A stretch of 64,000 nt of DNA from Hyphomicrobiales bacterium (GTDB lineage: Bacteria > Pseudomonadota > Alphaproteobacteria > Rhizobiales > NORP267). Below the pieces are notes generated by a model. It was not told the DNA's origin. It saw nothing but the letters and a program-made list of their open reading frames with translations, and made no database searches. The position numbers and the translations under genes are program-made. Location: positions 3,761 to 67,760 of the forward strand of contig JAJFGZ010000006.1 of the NCBI GenBank assembly GCA_021775855.1, given 5' to 3'. How positions within the stretch are numbered: the first letter of the stretch is position 1; each line of letters starts with the position of its first letter. This document shows positions 54,062 to 64,000 of this stretch, piece after piece.

Positions 54062-54523
54062 CTATTCCTCGCTTCCTTTATCATTATCTTCGCTCTTGCT
54101 CTCGGCGGGTTTTGCCGCCGGGGCGTCGTCGTTTCGGCCGCCGGAATCACGCCGGGGAGGCCGGTCGTCTGAGCGTCCGCCACGGCGGTCGTCGCGCCGG
54201 TCTCGCTTTTGCATCATCACCGAAGGGTCGTCTTCGTGTTCATCGACCCGAAGCGTCAGAAACCGCAGCACGTCTTCGTTCAGCCGCATCTGGCGTTCCA
54301 TCTCGGAAATCGCGGCCGGCGAGGCGTCGATATTCATCAACGAAAAATGCGCTTTGCGGTTTTTCTTGATCCGGTATGACAGGACCTTGAGGCCCCAATA
54401 TTCAGATTTGCTGATCGAGCCACCATCTGCCTCGATCACACCCTTGAACTGTTCAATCAAGGTATCAACTTGCGCGCCTGATACATCAGGACGCATCACA
54501 ACTACATGTTCGTAGAGCGGCAT
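54062..54523 (-). CDS. rpsF: 30S ribosomal protein S6
   Basis: [32 protein letters not shown]. Confidence 0.97.
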   Translation of the reverse strand: MPLYEHVVVMRPDVSGAQVDTLIEQFKGVIEADGGSISKSEYWGLKVLSYRIKKNRKAHFSLMNIDASPAAISEMERQMRLNEDVLRFLTLRVDEHEDDPSVMMQKRDRRDDRRGGRSDDRPPRRDSGGRNDDAPAAKPAESKSEDNDKGSEE

Positions 54524-54599
54524 TTGCCAGCCTTTCATTCTGGTTCGGTGCGAAGCCTCGTTTCAAGCCAATAGGAAAGGCTGTTTGAGATACGAGAAA

Positions 54600-54676
54600 G
54601 AGCAGAGACACGGGAAGCCGGGAACCATTTCCCTGCTGCAGATGCTGCAGCCTTCCGTTCAGCCTCCGACCGAACG
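54600..54676 (-). promoter_or_regulatory. Candidate rpsF leader (S6:S18 autoregulatory RNA)
   Basis: Minus strand ggaggctgaacggaaggc...gcttcccgtgtctct forms an imperfect long stem with a CCCG bulge region upstream of rpsF. Confidence 0.45.
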
Positions 54677-54842
54677 TTTACAATCGATGCGTTATACGCG
54701 TAATTGCCAGCCAATCAAGTGAAAATAATGGCTCGTTTGGGTGCATTTGGCGAACCCGAATGGCCCAATACTTGACTTTACCCATGCAACTGGTCTTTTT
54801 GCGGCGCGGCGTGAATAAAATCTCAGATATCCAGGGCAGACA

Positions 54843-55790
54843 ATGGCCAACGCATTTACTTTTCCCGGGCAGGGTAGCCAGCATGTGGGCATGGGCAAGG
54901 ACCTTGCCGACGCGTTCCCGGTTGCCCGTGCGGTATTTGACGAAGTCGACGGGGTGCTTGGCCAAAACCTGTCCAGGATAATGTTCGAGGGTCCGCTTGA
55001 CGAGTTGACTCTAACGGAAAACACGCAGCCGGCATTGTTGGCAGTTAGTATCGCGATTCTGCGCGTTCTCGACGAAGGTGGCGTTCGCCTGCCTGGCGCT
55101 GCGTCCCATGTCGCGGGCCATTCGCTTGGAGAATATTCGGCGCTTGTGGCAGCGGGCGCACTTTCGCTTGGCGATGCCGCGCGACTGGTGAAAACGCGCG
55201 GCAAGGCAATGCAACAGGCTGTCCCGGTGGGCGAGGGCGCCATGGCGGCGCTTCTCGGGCTGGATTTCGATGTGGCGGCCGAGGTCGCGGCGGCAGCGGC
55301 TGACGGCGAGGTTTGCCAGGCCGCCAACGACAATGCCCCGGGCCAGGTGGTCATTAGCGGTGCAGCGGCAGCGATCGAGCGGGCCATCGTTATTGCCCAG
55401 GAAAAGGGTGCAAAACGCGCGATCAAGCTGCCGGTATCTGCACCTTTCCATTGTGCTATGATGGCGCCGGCGGCGGACATCATGGCCGAAGCGCTCGCGG
55501 CGACAGATATCCGCCCACCCCAGATCCCCGTTGTGGTCAACGTTCTGGCGCAACCAATATCAGACCCCTCTGAAATCCGTACGCAATTGGTTGCTCAGGT
55601 AACCGGGACTGTGCGCTGGCGGGAATCGATTATCTGGCTTGCTGCAAATGGCGTCGATACATTGTATGAAATTGGTGCGGGCAAAGTTTTATCTGGTCTG
55701 GCGCGGCGCATTGATCGAAGCCTGAAGGGCGTTCCCGTCAACACACCCGACGACATTGCGCAAACAATTTCGGAGCTCGGGGATAATTAG
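54843..55790 (+). CDS. fabD: Malonyl-CoA-ACP transacylase
   Basis: FPGQGSQ, GHSLGEYSA, VSAPFHC. Confidence 0.97.
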   Translation: MANAFTFPGQGSQHVGMGKDLADAFPVARAVFDEVDGVLGQNLSRIMFEGPLDELTLTENTQPALLAVSIAILRVLDEGGVRLPGAASHVAGHSLGEYSALVAAGALSLGDAARLVKTRGKAMQQAVPVGEGAMAALLGLDFDVAAEVAAAAADGEVCQAANDNAPGQVVISGAAAAIERAIVIAQEKGAKRAIKLPVSAPFHCAMMAPAADIMAEALAATDIRPPQIPVVVNVLAQPISDPSEIRTQLVAQVTGTVRWRESIIWLAANGVDTLYEIGAGKVLSGLARRIDRSLKGVPVNTPDDIAQTISELGDN

Positions 55791-55815
55791 TCATTGGTTT
55801 GGAAAATAGTTATAA

Positions 55816-56553
55816 ATGTTTGAATTGAAAGATAAAACTGCCCTTGTTACGGGCGCCACAGGCGGCATTGGCGCAGCCATCGCGACCATTCTCCATAGCC
55901 AGGGTGCGACGGTTGCAATCTCCGGCACGCGGCAGAACGTGTTGGACGAGTTGGCGGAAAAGCTGAAGAACCGGGTCCATGTGGTGGCCTGCAATCTGTC
56001 TGATAGCGCCGAGGTCGATGGCCTGGCGGGCAGGGCCGAGGAAGCGATGGGCGGGCTCGATATCATCGTCAACAATGCCGGTATCACGCGCGACAATTTA
56101 TTCCTGCGGTTCAGTGACGAAGACTGGCAGAGTGTGTTGGATGTCAACCTGACAGCCGGGTTCCGCATCATTCGCGCGGCGCTGCGCGGCATGATGCGTC
56201 GCCGGTATGGCAGAATTATCGGCATTACGTCGGTTGTGGGTGTGACCGGAAACCCGGGGCAGGGAAATTATGCCGCTGCCAAAGCCGGGATGATCGGCAT
56301 GACCAAGGCGCTGGCCATGGAAGTGGCATCGCGCAACATAACCGCAAACTGTATCGCGCCCGGATTTATCGAAACCGCGATGACCGATGCTTTGAGCGAA
56401 AAACAGCACGAAGCGGTTTTATCGAAAATTCCGGCAGGGCGCCTTGGAACAACCGACGAAATTGCCAGCGCGGCGCTATACCTCGCAAGCGAAGAGGCTG
56501 CCTATGTTACAGGCCAGACGCTCCATGTGAATGGCGGCATGGCGATGATTTGA
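55816..56553 (+). CDS. fabG: 3-oxoacyl-ACP reductase
   Basis: TGATGGIG, NNAGITRD, YAAAK, TGQTLHVNGG. Confidence 0.96.
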   Translation: MFELKDKTALVTGATGGIGAAIATILHSQGATVAISGTRQNVLDELAEKLKNRVHVVACNLSDSAEVDGLAGRAEEAMGGLDIIVNNAGITRDNLFLRFSDEDWQSVLDVNLTAGFRIIRAALRGMMRRRYGRIIGITSVVGVTGNPGQGNYAAAKAGMIGMTKALAMEVASRNITANCIAPGFIETAMTDALSEKQHEAVLSKIPAGRLGTTDEIASAALYLASEEAAYVTGQTLHVNGGMAMI

Positions 56554-56825
56554 CGGCAGACAGCGCTGGTCTTTTCCACTGCTACCTGTTCAGGCCTAAA
56601 AGGAAGATAGAGGCATATGGTAAAGGGTGCTAAAGTGTGCTACTTCGCCCGCCGAGGTTTGGATAAACCGTAGAGCAGGTAGCCTCAATAACCGTCGAGG
56701 AGATGGCCGCAGGGAAAAGGTAATTTATTGCGTTGCTGCGATAAATTGGTATTACAAGGGAAATTAGTGAGCCTGGGGCATTAAGTGATTCAGGGTATCT
56801 GTTATTGGAATCAGGGAAGTAGCAA

Positions 56826-57062
56826 ATGAGCGACATTGCAGACAGGGTCAAGAAGATCGTTATCGAGCATCTTGGCGTGGAAACAGACAAGGTGTCTGAC
56901 GGTGCCAGTTTTATTGACGATCTTGGTGCAGACAGCCTCGATACCGTGGAATTGGTTATGGCGTTTGAAGAAGAATTCGGCGTCGAAATCCCTGACGATG
57001 CGGCCGAGACGATTTTGACCGTCGGCGACGCTGTAAAATTTCTGGAAAAAAATGCCGGCTGA
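56826..57062 (+). CDS. acpP: Acyl carrier protein
   Basis: [12 protein letters not shown] phosphopantetheine site. Confidence 0.97.
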   Translation: MSDIADRVKKIVIEHLGVETDKVSDGASFIDDLGADSLDTVELVMAFEEEFGVEIPDDAAETILTVGDAVKFLEKNAG

Positions 57063-57127
57063 ATATATCGGAATATCCGATTGAACGATGCGGCAAACTG
57101 GCCTTATGAGCCATCGGATATTACGAC

Positions 57128-58390
57128 ATGAGGCGCGTAGTAATTACAGGTTTGGGGATGGTGTCGCCACTTGGCTGCGGCACAGAAATTTCCTGGAAGC
57201 GTCTGCTTGAGGGACAGTCCGGGGCGGTCAATCCCGATCTGGATCTCACCGACATTGCCTGCAAAGTCGCGTGCGTAATACCTACCGGTGACGGTAGCGA
57301 TGGCACATTCAATCCAGACGACTGGATGGAGGCGAAGGAGCAGCGCAAGGTCGACGACTTTATCATCTACGGCGTCGCCGCAGCTGATATGGCCCTGGCC
57401 GATGCCAATTGGGCGCCGAAAACCAGAGACGAGCAGATCAACACAGGGGTGCTTATTGGCTCCGGCATCGGCGGGCTGCAGGGCATCGAAGACGCCGCGC
57501 ATACGGTGCGTGACCGCGGCGCGCGGCGCCTCAGCCCGTTCTTTATCCCTGGCCGGTTGATCAATCTGGTGTCCGGCCATGTCTCGATCCGCCACGGCTT
57601 GCGGGGCCCAAACCATTCTGTTGTAACCGCCTGTTCGACGGGTTCGCACGCCATCGGCGATGCCGCTCGTTTGGTCGCCCTCGGCGATGCCGATGTGATG
57701 GTGGCGGGTGGTTCAGAATCCCCCGTCTGTCGTCTTGCAATCGCAGGTTTCAATAATATGCGCGCTCTCTCGCGCAATTTTAACGACACACCGGAACGCG
57801 CCTCCAGGCCGTATGACCGTGATCGCGACGGTTTTGTCGTCGGCGAAGGAGCGGGTGTGGTCGTCGTCGAGGCGCTCGATCATGCTTTGGCGCGTGGCGC
57901 TAAAATTTACGGCGAAGTTATCGGCTATGGCCTGTCCGGAGATGCCCATCATATTACGTCTCCGGCACCGGACGGTGATGGGGCATATAGATGTATGGAA
58001 ATGGCTTTGAAGCGGGCCGACATTCCGGTCAGCGAAATCCAGTATGTCAACGCCCACGGGACATCGACACAGCAAGGCGATGAGATTGAACTGGGCGCGG
58101 CGGAACGGCTGTTTGGCGACGCGGCTGAAAATATTTCCATGTCGTCTACAAAATCCGCGATCGGCCATTTGTTGGGCGCGGCTGGCGCGGTCGAGGCGAT
58201 TTTTTCTCTGCTTGCGATCCGCGATAACGTTGCGCCGCCAACCATAAATCTCGACAACCCTTCGGTCGAAAGTCCCATCGACCTTGTGCCGCTCACGGCG
58301 CGCAAGCGCGAAATCAATACGGCGCTCAGCAATTCCTTTGGTTTTGGCGGGACCAACGCGGCCCTGATATTCCGGCAATACGACGCCTGA
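57128..58390 (+). CDS. fabF: 3-oxoacyl-ACP synthase II
   Basis: TACSTG, NAHGTST, KSAIGHLLGAAG, SNSFGFGGTN. Confidence 0.97.
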   Translation: MRRVVITGLGMVSPLGCGTEISWKRLLEGQSGAVNPDLDLTDIACKVACVIPTGDGSDGTFNPDDWMEAKEQRKVDDFIIYGVAAADMALADANWAPKTRDEQINTGVLIGSGIGGLQGIEDAAHTVRDRGARRLSPFFIPGRLINLVSGHVSIRHGLRGPNHSVVTACSTGSHAIGDAARLVALGDADVMVAGGSESPVCRLAIAGFNNMRALSRNFNDTPERASRPYDRDRDGFVVGEGAGVVVVEALDHALARGAKIYGEVIGYGLSGDAHHITSPAPDGDGAYRCMEMALKRADIPVSEIQYVNAHGTSTQQGDEIELGAAERLFGDAAENISMSSTKSAIGHLLGAAGAVEAIFSLLAIRDNVAPPTINLDNPSVESPIDLVPLTARKREINTALSNSFGFGGTNAALIFRQYDA

Positions 58391-58459
58391 AATTAAAATT
58401 TCCCACGCTTTTGCCATATTTGTCGATTGCTTTGGGGCCGAGGAGACAGGATACCGAAG

Positions 58460-59929
58460 ATGATTGGCGGTTTGTGGCGGAAAAAGCGCGATAATTCCGG
58501 GCACGACGGCGAAGAACCGGCCGGAGCGGAAGTCATTTCGGGTGACGTTTCGGCTCATCCGCTGGACGATCACCATCAGGCTTCCGGATCCGGTGATGTA
58601 CTCGATCCGCCTCTAGACCCTGTTTACGAAGATGATGTGGCACAGCCGGGCGAATATTATGACCAGGAATCGGATTTGGCGCCAGAACCGGCTGACTATA
58701 CCGTACGCGCCGAGCCCGCGACTGAGTCGGACTATGAGCGGATTTATCCACGCAGCCCCGCAGAAGCCCTGCAGCCGGAGGTCGGGCCCCTGCCGCCGAT
58801 AACCAAGCGAAAAAAGAGCAGTATCCTTGCCCTTCTGAATGGCTTGATTTCAGCCTTCATATTTTTTGCGCTGATTGGTGCCGGGATTCTCTTTGTGGGT
58901 TTCCGGCAATTTACGGCCGAAGGGCCCCTGACGGAGACACGCAATGTCATCATCCCGCCGGGCGACAGCCTTACCAGCATCGCGACCCGCCTGGAGCGGG
59001 AAGGCATAATTGCCGACGCGTATGTTTTCTTGGCGGGCGTTTCGGTTGCGCAAGCCTCAAGCCAGCTCAAGGCCGGTGAATATCTGTTCCAGGAAGGCGT
59101 GACCATGCGCGAGGTGCTGGGGAAATTGACCGAAGGGAAATCGATTCTTCATGGCATAACTTTTCCGGAAGGGCGCACCAGCCAGCAGATTGTCGAAATT
59201 CTTCGCGAGGACCCGATCCTGATAGGTGACATTATCGAAATCCCGCCGGAAGGAAGCCTGCTGCCGGAGACCTACAAATTCTCCCGCGGCGACGATCGTC
59301 AGAGCATCATTGACCGGATGCGCCAGGCCCGCGACCGGGAATTGGCAAGAGTTTGGGCGACCCGCGATACATCCCTGCCGTTGCAGTCGCCTGGCGAGTT
59401 GGTGACCTTGGCATCGATCGTTGAAAAGGAAACTGGCCGCGCTGATGAACGCCCGCAAGTCGCCGCCGTCTTCGTCAATCGCCTGCGCCAGGGGATCAGA
59501 CTGCAATCCGATCCAACGATCATCTACGGGATTGTCGGCGGGCAGGGGAGCCTCGGCCGTCCGATCCGTCAAAGCGAACTGGACGCAGTCACGCCCTACA
59601 ATACCTATAAAATTGACGGACTGCCGCCGACCCCGATTGCCAATCCGGGTATCGCAGCGCTGGAGGCCACCGCCAACCCGTCTAAAACCAGTTACTTGTT
59701 CTTTGTCGCCGATGGAACCGGTGGCCACGCATTTGCTGAAACCCTTGGAGAGCATCAACGAAATGTTGCGCGCTGGCGCCAGATCGAAGCCCAGGCGGCT
59801 GCCGCGCCACCACCAGCAGACCCGGATGTCGATAGTGCATCCGGTGAAGATGCGGATTCAACTTTGCCGCCCATGCCGGAGCTCAATCTCGATCTGACCA
59901 GACCCCTTGTCCCGCCACCAGCGCAATAA
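58460..59929 (+). CDS. mltG: Endolytic transglycosylase MltG with acidic N-terminal extension
   Basis: LKAGEY, EGSLLPETY, LASIVEKE, LQSDPT, PYNTY..GLPPTPIANPG, YLFFVADG. Confidence 0.93.
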   Translation: MIGGLWRKKRDNSGHDGEEPAGAEVISGDVSAHPLDDHHQASGSGDVLDPPLDPVYEDDVAQPGEYYDQESDLAPEPADYTVRAEPATESDYERIYPRSPAEALQPEVGPLPPITKRKKSSILALLNGLISAFIFFALIGAGILFVGFRQFTAEGPLTETRNVIIPPGDSLTSIATRLEREGIIADAYVFLAGVSVAQASSQLKAGEYLFQEGVTMREVLGKLTEGKSILHGITFPEGRTSQQIVEILREDPILIGDIIEIPPEGSLLPETYKFSRGDDRQSIIDRMRQARDRELARVWATRDTSLPLQSPGELVTLASIVEKETGRADERPQVAAVFVNRLRQGIRLQSDPTIIYGIVGGQGSLGRPIRQSELDAVTPYNTYKIDGLPPTPIANPGIAALEATANPSKTSYLFFVADGTGGHAFAETLGEHQRNVARWRQIEAQAAAAPPPADPDVDSASGEDADSTLPPMPELNLDLTRPLVPPPAQ

Positions 59930-60039
59930 CAACGCGGACGGATTTGGGGCCTCAAATATTTCCGTATAAACAGGATAATCTCTTGGCTTGAGCCGATTCT
60001 GCTCGAAGCCGTTTCCGGATCGCGGAGTATGGACTTTAT

Positions 60040-60927
60040 ATGACCGCCAAAAGCATGACCGGCTTTGCACGCCAAGAGGATAGCCTGGATTCCCATCTGT
60101 GGTTCTGGGAACTGCGCAGCGTCAATGGCCGCGGTCTCGATGTCCGGCTGCGGCTGGCTCCAGGTCATGATTTCCTCGAGCCGTTCGTTCGCGATTCTGT
60201 GCGTAAAGAATTCTCGCGCGGTTCAATCCAGATATCCCTGAATGTCAAACGGTCGTCTGCGGAACCGCAAATCCAAATCAACGAACAGGTTATCAGCAGC
60301 TTGCTCGAGATGACCCGGACTGTGGGCAAAAAGCATGGTCTGGAACCGCCCGGTTTTGATTCATTATTGAATATACGTGGTGTCGTGGACACTGTTGAAC
60401 CGGAAGAATCGGAAAAAGAGACCCAAATCCGGGTTGAGGCAATGAAAGCCGGATTTCTAAGTGCCCTGGATGACCTCGCCAAAGCTCGTGCTGAAGAGGG
60501 CGGGCGCCTGGCCGATATTCTCGAAGGGCAATTGGTGCGGATCGGGGAGTTGGCGGATATGGCAGCTAACGCACCGTCCCGGGAGCCTGAGAATATCAGA
60601 ACACGGATTGCCGAACAGATCGCGCGGATCACCGGGTCGGTCGGCGATATGGATCCGGATCGTTTGCATCAGGAAGCCGTGCTGCTCGCCGCCAAGGCCG
60701 ACATCCAGGAAGAACTTGACCGTCTCCAGACGCATATTTCAGCGGCCCGCGATTTGCTCAGGTCGGATTCACCATCGGGCCGGAAGCTGGATTTTCTAGC
60801 ACAGGAATTTAATCGCGAAAGCAATACACTTTGTTCGAAATCGAACCATGTGGATTTGACTGAAATCGGATTGGAACTGAAAGTGGTGGTCGATCAGATG
60901 CGCGAACAGGTGCAGAATATTGAATAG
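60040..60927 (+). CDS. yicC: YicC/YloC family endoribonuclease
   Basis: SMTGFAR, SVNGRGLD, DIQEELDRL, GRKLDFLAQEFNRESNTLCSK, REQVQNIE. Confidence 0.93.
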   Translation: MTAKSMTGFARQEDSLDSHLWFWELRSVNGRGLDVRLRLAPGHDFLEPFVRDSVRKEFSRGSIQISLNVKRSSAEPQIQINEQVISSLLEMTRTVGKKHGLEPPGFDSLLNIRGVVDTVEPEESEKETQIRVEAMKAGFLSALDDLAKARAEEGGRLADILEGQLVRIGELADMAANAPSREPENIRTRIAEQIARITGSVGDMDPDRLHQEAVLLAAKADIQEELDRLQTHISAARDLLRSDSPSGRKLDFLAQEFNRESNTLCSKSNHVDLTEIGLELKVVVDQMREQVQNIE

Positions 60928-61579
60928 GCCCGGCGACAACCAGGGCGTACCGCGCAGGGGGTTGATGCTGGTTTTATCGTCTCCCTCGGGCGCCGGTAAA
61001 TCGACGCTGGCCCGCATGCTGCTGGAGCGCGACGGCGATATCACCATGTCGGTCTCCGCGACCACCCGGACCCGCCGGTCGGGCGAAAAAGACGGCATAG
61101 ACTATCATTTCGTGTCTATTGAAAAATTCATGGAGATGCGAGACGCCGGCGCGCTTCTCGAATGGGCCGAGGTGTTCGGCCACCATTACGGCACACCGCG
61201 AGCCGCCGTCGAAAACGAATTGGAGGCGGGGAGGGACGTGCTGTTCGATATCGACTGGCAGGGCACCCAGCAGTTGCACGGCAAACGCGCCAGCGACATG
61301 GTGCGGGTTTTTGTATTACCGCCCTCGGCCCACGAGCTCGAAGAGCGGTTGCAACGCAGGGCCAAAGATTCCGCGGAAGTGGTCGCCAAGCGGATGGCAG
61401 GCGCGGCGAACGAAATCGTCCATTACGCCGAATACGATTATGTGATTGTCAATCGCGACGTCGAGGAATCTGTTTCCCAGCTTGTGGCAATCCTGGACGC
61501 CGAGCGCCTGCGCCGCGAACGTCAGGTCGGCCTCTCTGATTTTGTCCGGGGAATTTTGGGCCCGCTGTCAAATTTCTGA
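60920..61579 (+). CDS. gmk: Guanylate kinase
   Basis: SSPSGAGKST, SATTR..R.GE.DG.DYHF, YGTP, DIDWQG. Confidence 0.97.
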   Translation: MNRPGDNQGVPRRGLMLVLSSPSGAGKSTLARMLLERDGDITMSVSATTRTRRSGEKDGIDYHFVSIEKFMEMRDAGALLEWAEVFGHHYGTPRAAVENELEAGRDVLFDIDWQGTQQLHGKRASDMVRVFVLPPSAHELEERLQRRAKDSAEVVAKRMAGAANEIVHYAEYDYVIVNRDVEESVSQLVAILDAERLRRERQVGLSDFVRGILGPLSNF

Positions 61580-61746
61580 CACTCGGCAGGTATACCCATG
61601 TGTCAAGGCATCAAAATTTGTTCATGATTCTCGTATAGTGATTCTAATTGGGTACATCAGGCCGCCACGACGAGGCCCCTGAAAGGTGATCCAAATTTTG
61701 ATTTCCTGATTGCAGTATTTTTGGAAACCCTGAACGGCCGGGATAA

Positions 61747-63567
61747 ATGCAGATATTCACTTCCTTTTTAGCGCAACTGACGCTCCTCCTGATGGCGGCG
61801 GTTTTCGCTGCGCCACTCGCCAAGCGTCTCGGTATCGGTTCGGTCCTCGGGTACCTGTTCGCGGGCATTCTTATCGGGCCGTTCGGCCTCGGGTTGATTT
61901 ATTCGGTGTATCAGGTTGGACGGATCCAGCATTTTGCCGAATTCGGCGTCGTCATGCTGTTGTTCCTGATCGGTCTCGAACTGCGTCCGCGACGTCTCTG
62001 GGTCATGAGGTCTTCGATCTTTGGCCTCGGCGGCACCCAAGTATTGGTGACCGGACTGATATTGGGCGTTGGAATTTATCTGTTTGGGGTGGCCTACAAC
62101 ACCGCAATTTTGTTGGGCCTCGCGCTCGCGTTGTCGTCCACGGCATTTGCGTTGCAGGTGCTGGAGGAAAAATCTGAGTTGAAGTCGCGCCATGGCCGGG
62201 CGGCTTTTTCGGTACTCCTGTTTCAGGACCTGGCGGCGATCCCGCTCATCGCCCTCATCCCGCTATTTGCGTTAAACACGCCGGTTGGCGAGGGGATGCA
62301 GTTCTGGGGTGCGGTCCGGGCTTTGGCAATGATTTGCATCGTCATCCTGGTTGGCAGGTACGTGATCCAGTACCTCTTCCGCTTCGTGGCCTCGACGAAT
62401 ATTCGCGAAGCTATGACAGCCTGCGCCTTGCTGATTGTCACCGGCGTGGCACTTCTGATGGAAGTTGCGGGTCTGTCGGCTGCGTTGGGGGCGTTTCTGG
62501 CAGGTGCATTATTGGCGGAATCCGAATACCGCCACGAAATGGAAGCGGCGATCAAACCGTTCGAAGGGCTGCTGCTCGGTCTCTTTTTCACGGCTGTCGG
62601 CATGTCGCTGAATTTGCAGATATTTTTTGAAAACCCCGGCTTGATTCTAATGCTGGCGGCGGCATTGTTGGCGATCAAGGGGGCCGTGCTGTATCTGCTC
62701 GGCCGGTGGTACGGTCTGAAAAACAGGAGCGCGCGCCGGTTTGCTATTGCCATTTCCCAGGGCGGAGAATTTGCATTTGTCATTTTCAGCGCAGCTCGGG
62801 GAACTGGTGTTATTGAAAGCTCCCTTGTCGATCTGGTATCGGTCGTCGTCACGATCTCTCTGATGGCGACACCGCTGTTGCTGGCGTTCGACGACATTTT
62901 GATTAAACGGCATAGGATCACGGGTGAAACTCCGGAATTCGATTCGATGCCGGAAGAAGAGGCGCCTGTGATCATTGCCGGCCTTGGCCGTTTCGGCCAG
63001 ATAGCAGTCCGGATTCTGACCGCCAAGAAAATTCCTGTGATCGCGCTTGATGCGGATTCCCAGCAAGTCAATATTGTCCGCAAGTTTGGCAACCAGGTTT
63101 ACTACGGTGATCCGGCCCGCCTGGATATTTTGCGCGCAGCTCAGGCCGGCAAGGCGCGCGCGTTCATGCTGGCAATCGACGATGTGGATAAATCCGTCCA
63201 TATCGCATTGCTTATGCGGACCCATTACCCCCACGTCCCGATTTATGCGCGTGCGCGCGATCGGATGCACGTCCACCGGTTGATGGATACAGGCGTCGAG
63301 ACAATCCTCCGCGAGACCTTCCTCTCCTCGCTCGACCTGACGGCCGACATGTTGCGCGGATTGGGGTTGCCCGAGGAAGAAGTCCTGAAAACCATTCAGA
63401 CCTTCAAGGAGCACGATCAGAGCCGTCTGTATGACGATTACGAACATTATACTGACGCCGAAAAAATGCAGGCACGCACGCGGGCTTCAGCCGACGAACT
63501 GGAAGAGCTCTTTTCTCAGGATATCGAGAAGGAACTAACCGATCCAACTGTTATCGGTGGAAATTGA
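61747..63567 (+). CDS. Glutathione-regulated K+ efflux antiporter (KefB/KefC family)
   Basis: AEFGVVMLLFLIGLEL, LLFQDL, QGGEFAFV, KTN domain IIAGLGRFGQ, YYGD. Confidence 0.92.
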   Translation: MQIFTSFLAQLTLLLMAAVFAAPLAKRLGIGSVLGYLFAGILIGPFGLGLIYSVYQVGRIQHFAEFGVVMLLFLIGLELRPRRLWVMRSSIFGLGGTQVLVTGLILGVGIYLFGVAYNTAILLGLALALSSTAFALQVLEEKSELKSRHGRAAFSVLLFQDLAAIPLIALIPLFALNTPVGEGMQFWGAVRALAMICIVILVGRYVIQYLFRFVASTNIREAMTACALLIVTGVALLMEVAGLSAALGAFLAGALLAESEYRHEMEAAIKPFEGLLLGLFFTAVGMSLNLQIFFENPGLILMLAAALLAIKGAVLYLLGRWYGLKNRSARRFAIAISQGGEFAFVIFSAARGTGVIESSLVDLVSVVVTISLMATPLLLAFDDILIKRHRITGETPEFDSMPEEEAPVIIAGLGRFGQIAVRILTAKKIPVIALDADSQQVNIVRKFGNQVYYGDPARLDILRAAQAGKARAFMLAIDDVDKSVHIALLMRTHYPHVPIYARARDRMHVHRLMDTGVETILRETFLSSLDLTADMLRGLGLPEEEVLKTIQTFKEHDQSRLYDDYEHYTDAEKMQARTRASADELEELFSQDIEKELTDPTVIGGN

Positions 63568-63571
63568 GAAA

Positions 63572-64000
63572 TTATGGGGTCAAGACCACTCGACCTATAA
63601 TTTTACCGTTTCTCAGATCTTCAAGTGATTTATTGGCTTCCGTCAAAGCGCGTTTCTCGATCGGCATTGGCTTGACCGCGCCTTTGCGCACCAACTCGAG
63701 CAGTTCCCGGGCTTCATCCAGTGTTCCGACAAAACTGCCCTGGATTCCGATCGCCCGCAGCGGGAACATCGGGATTGCGATTTCAAAATGCCCTCCGATC
63801 AGCCCGGCAACCACAATCTTGCCGCCCTTGCGCAGGACCGAATGGCCAAAGTTCAGGGAACCTTCCGCCCCGGCAAAATCGACCGAGCCGGAGACACCTC
63901 CGCCCGTGCTTTTGATGACGGCCTTGACGTCTGCCCGCTCTGCTGAATCGAACGCCGCGCCAGCGCCGAGGGCGAGCGCCGCCTCGCGCTTGGCCGGATC
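63572..64000 (-). CDS. 3' part of a zinc-dependent alcohol dehydrogenase; 5' end outside window
   Basis: Open frame DPAKREAALALGA...VDFAG...LRKGGKIVVAGL...IQGSFVG...IIGRVVL. Confidence 0.85.
   Translation of the reverse strand, partial: DPAKREAALALGAGAAFDSAERADVKAVIKSTGGGVSGSVDFAGAEGSLNFGHSVLRKGGKIVVAGLIGGHFEIAIPMFPLRAIGIQGSFVGTLDEARELLELVRKGAVKPMPIEKRALTEANKSLEDLRNGKIIGRVVLTP

Noticed and set aside
58460-58830. Acidic, Pro-rich N-terminal extension of MltG
   Set aside because: Such cytoplasmic extensions with a PRSP motif are, to my knowledge, common in Rhizobiales MltG
29545-64000. Defence systems, CRISPR arrays, prophage genes, selenocysteine or pyrrolysine read-through
   Set aside because: None seen; in-frame stops occur only in IS pseudogenes, and the MttP-like gene has no adjacent methyltransferase or pyl genes

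Overview
Alphaproteobacterial (Rhizobiales-like) window in two parts. (1) ~1-29.47 kb is the right-hand part of an accessory island that ends at the 3' end of tRNA-Gln(CUG), next to a truncated large serine recombinase. The island carries an apparently intact methylamine-oxidation locus: two paralogous Liv-type binding proteins with an ABC transporter, a FadR/GntR regulator, a trimethylamine dehydrogenase (TMADH), a 1057-aa membrane heme/Fe-S oxidoreductase fused through a long linker to ETF-beta, ETF-alpha, a stand-alone GcvT-type aminomethyltransferase, and a permease resembling methanogen MttP with a fused C-terminal domain. After it come ~12 kb of IS6/IS3-scarred cargo: an HxlR-qor-flavoprotein module and a TetR-hydrolase-glycosyltransferase-DUF1326/DUF2182 module. 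(2) ~29.5-64 kb is mostly ordinary core genome: ppx, rlmE, guaB, guaA, panB, der, purF, cvpA, radA, alr, dnaB, rplI, rpsR, rpsF, fabD/G, acpP, fabF, mltG, yicC, gmk, Kef antiporter. It also contains an orphan creatinase with a structured leader and an unannotated small membrane ORF behind an FNR box. The strongest candidate for an undescribed system is the TMADH / oxidoreductase::ETF-beta / ETF-alpha / GcvT / MttP-like locus. All family assignments come from motif recognition and recalled reference sequences; no searches were run.
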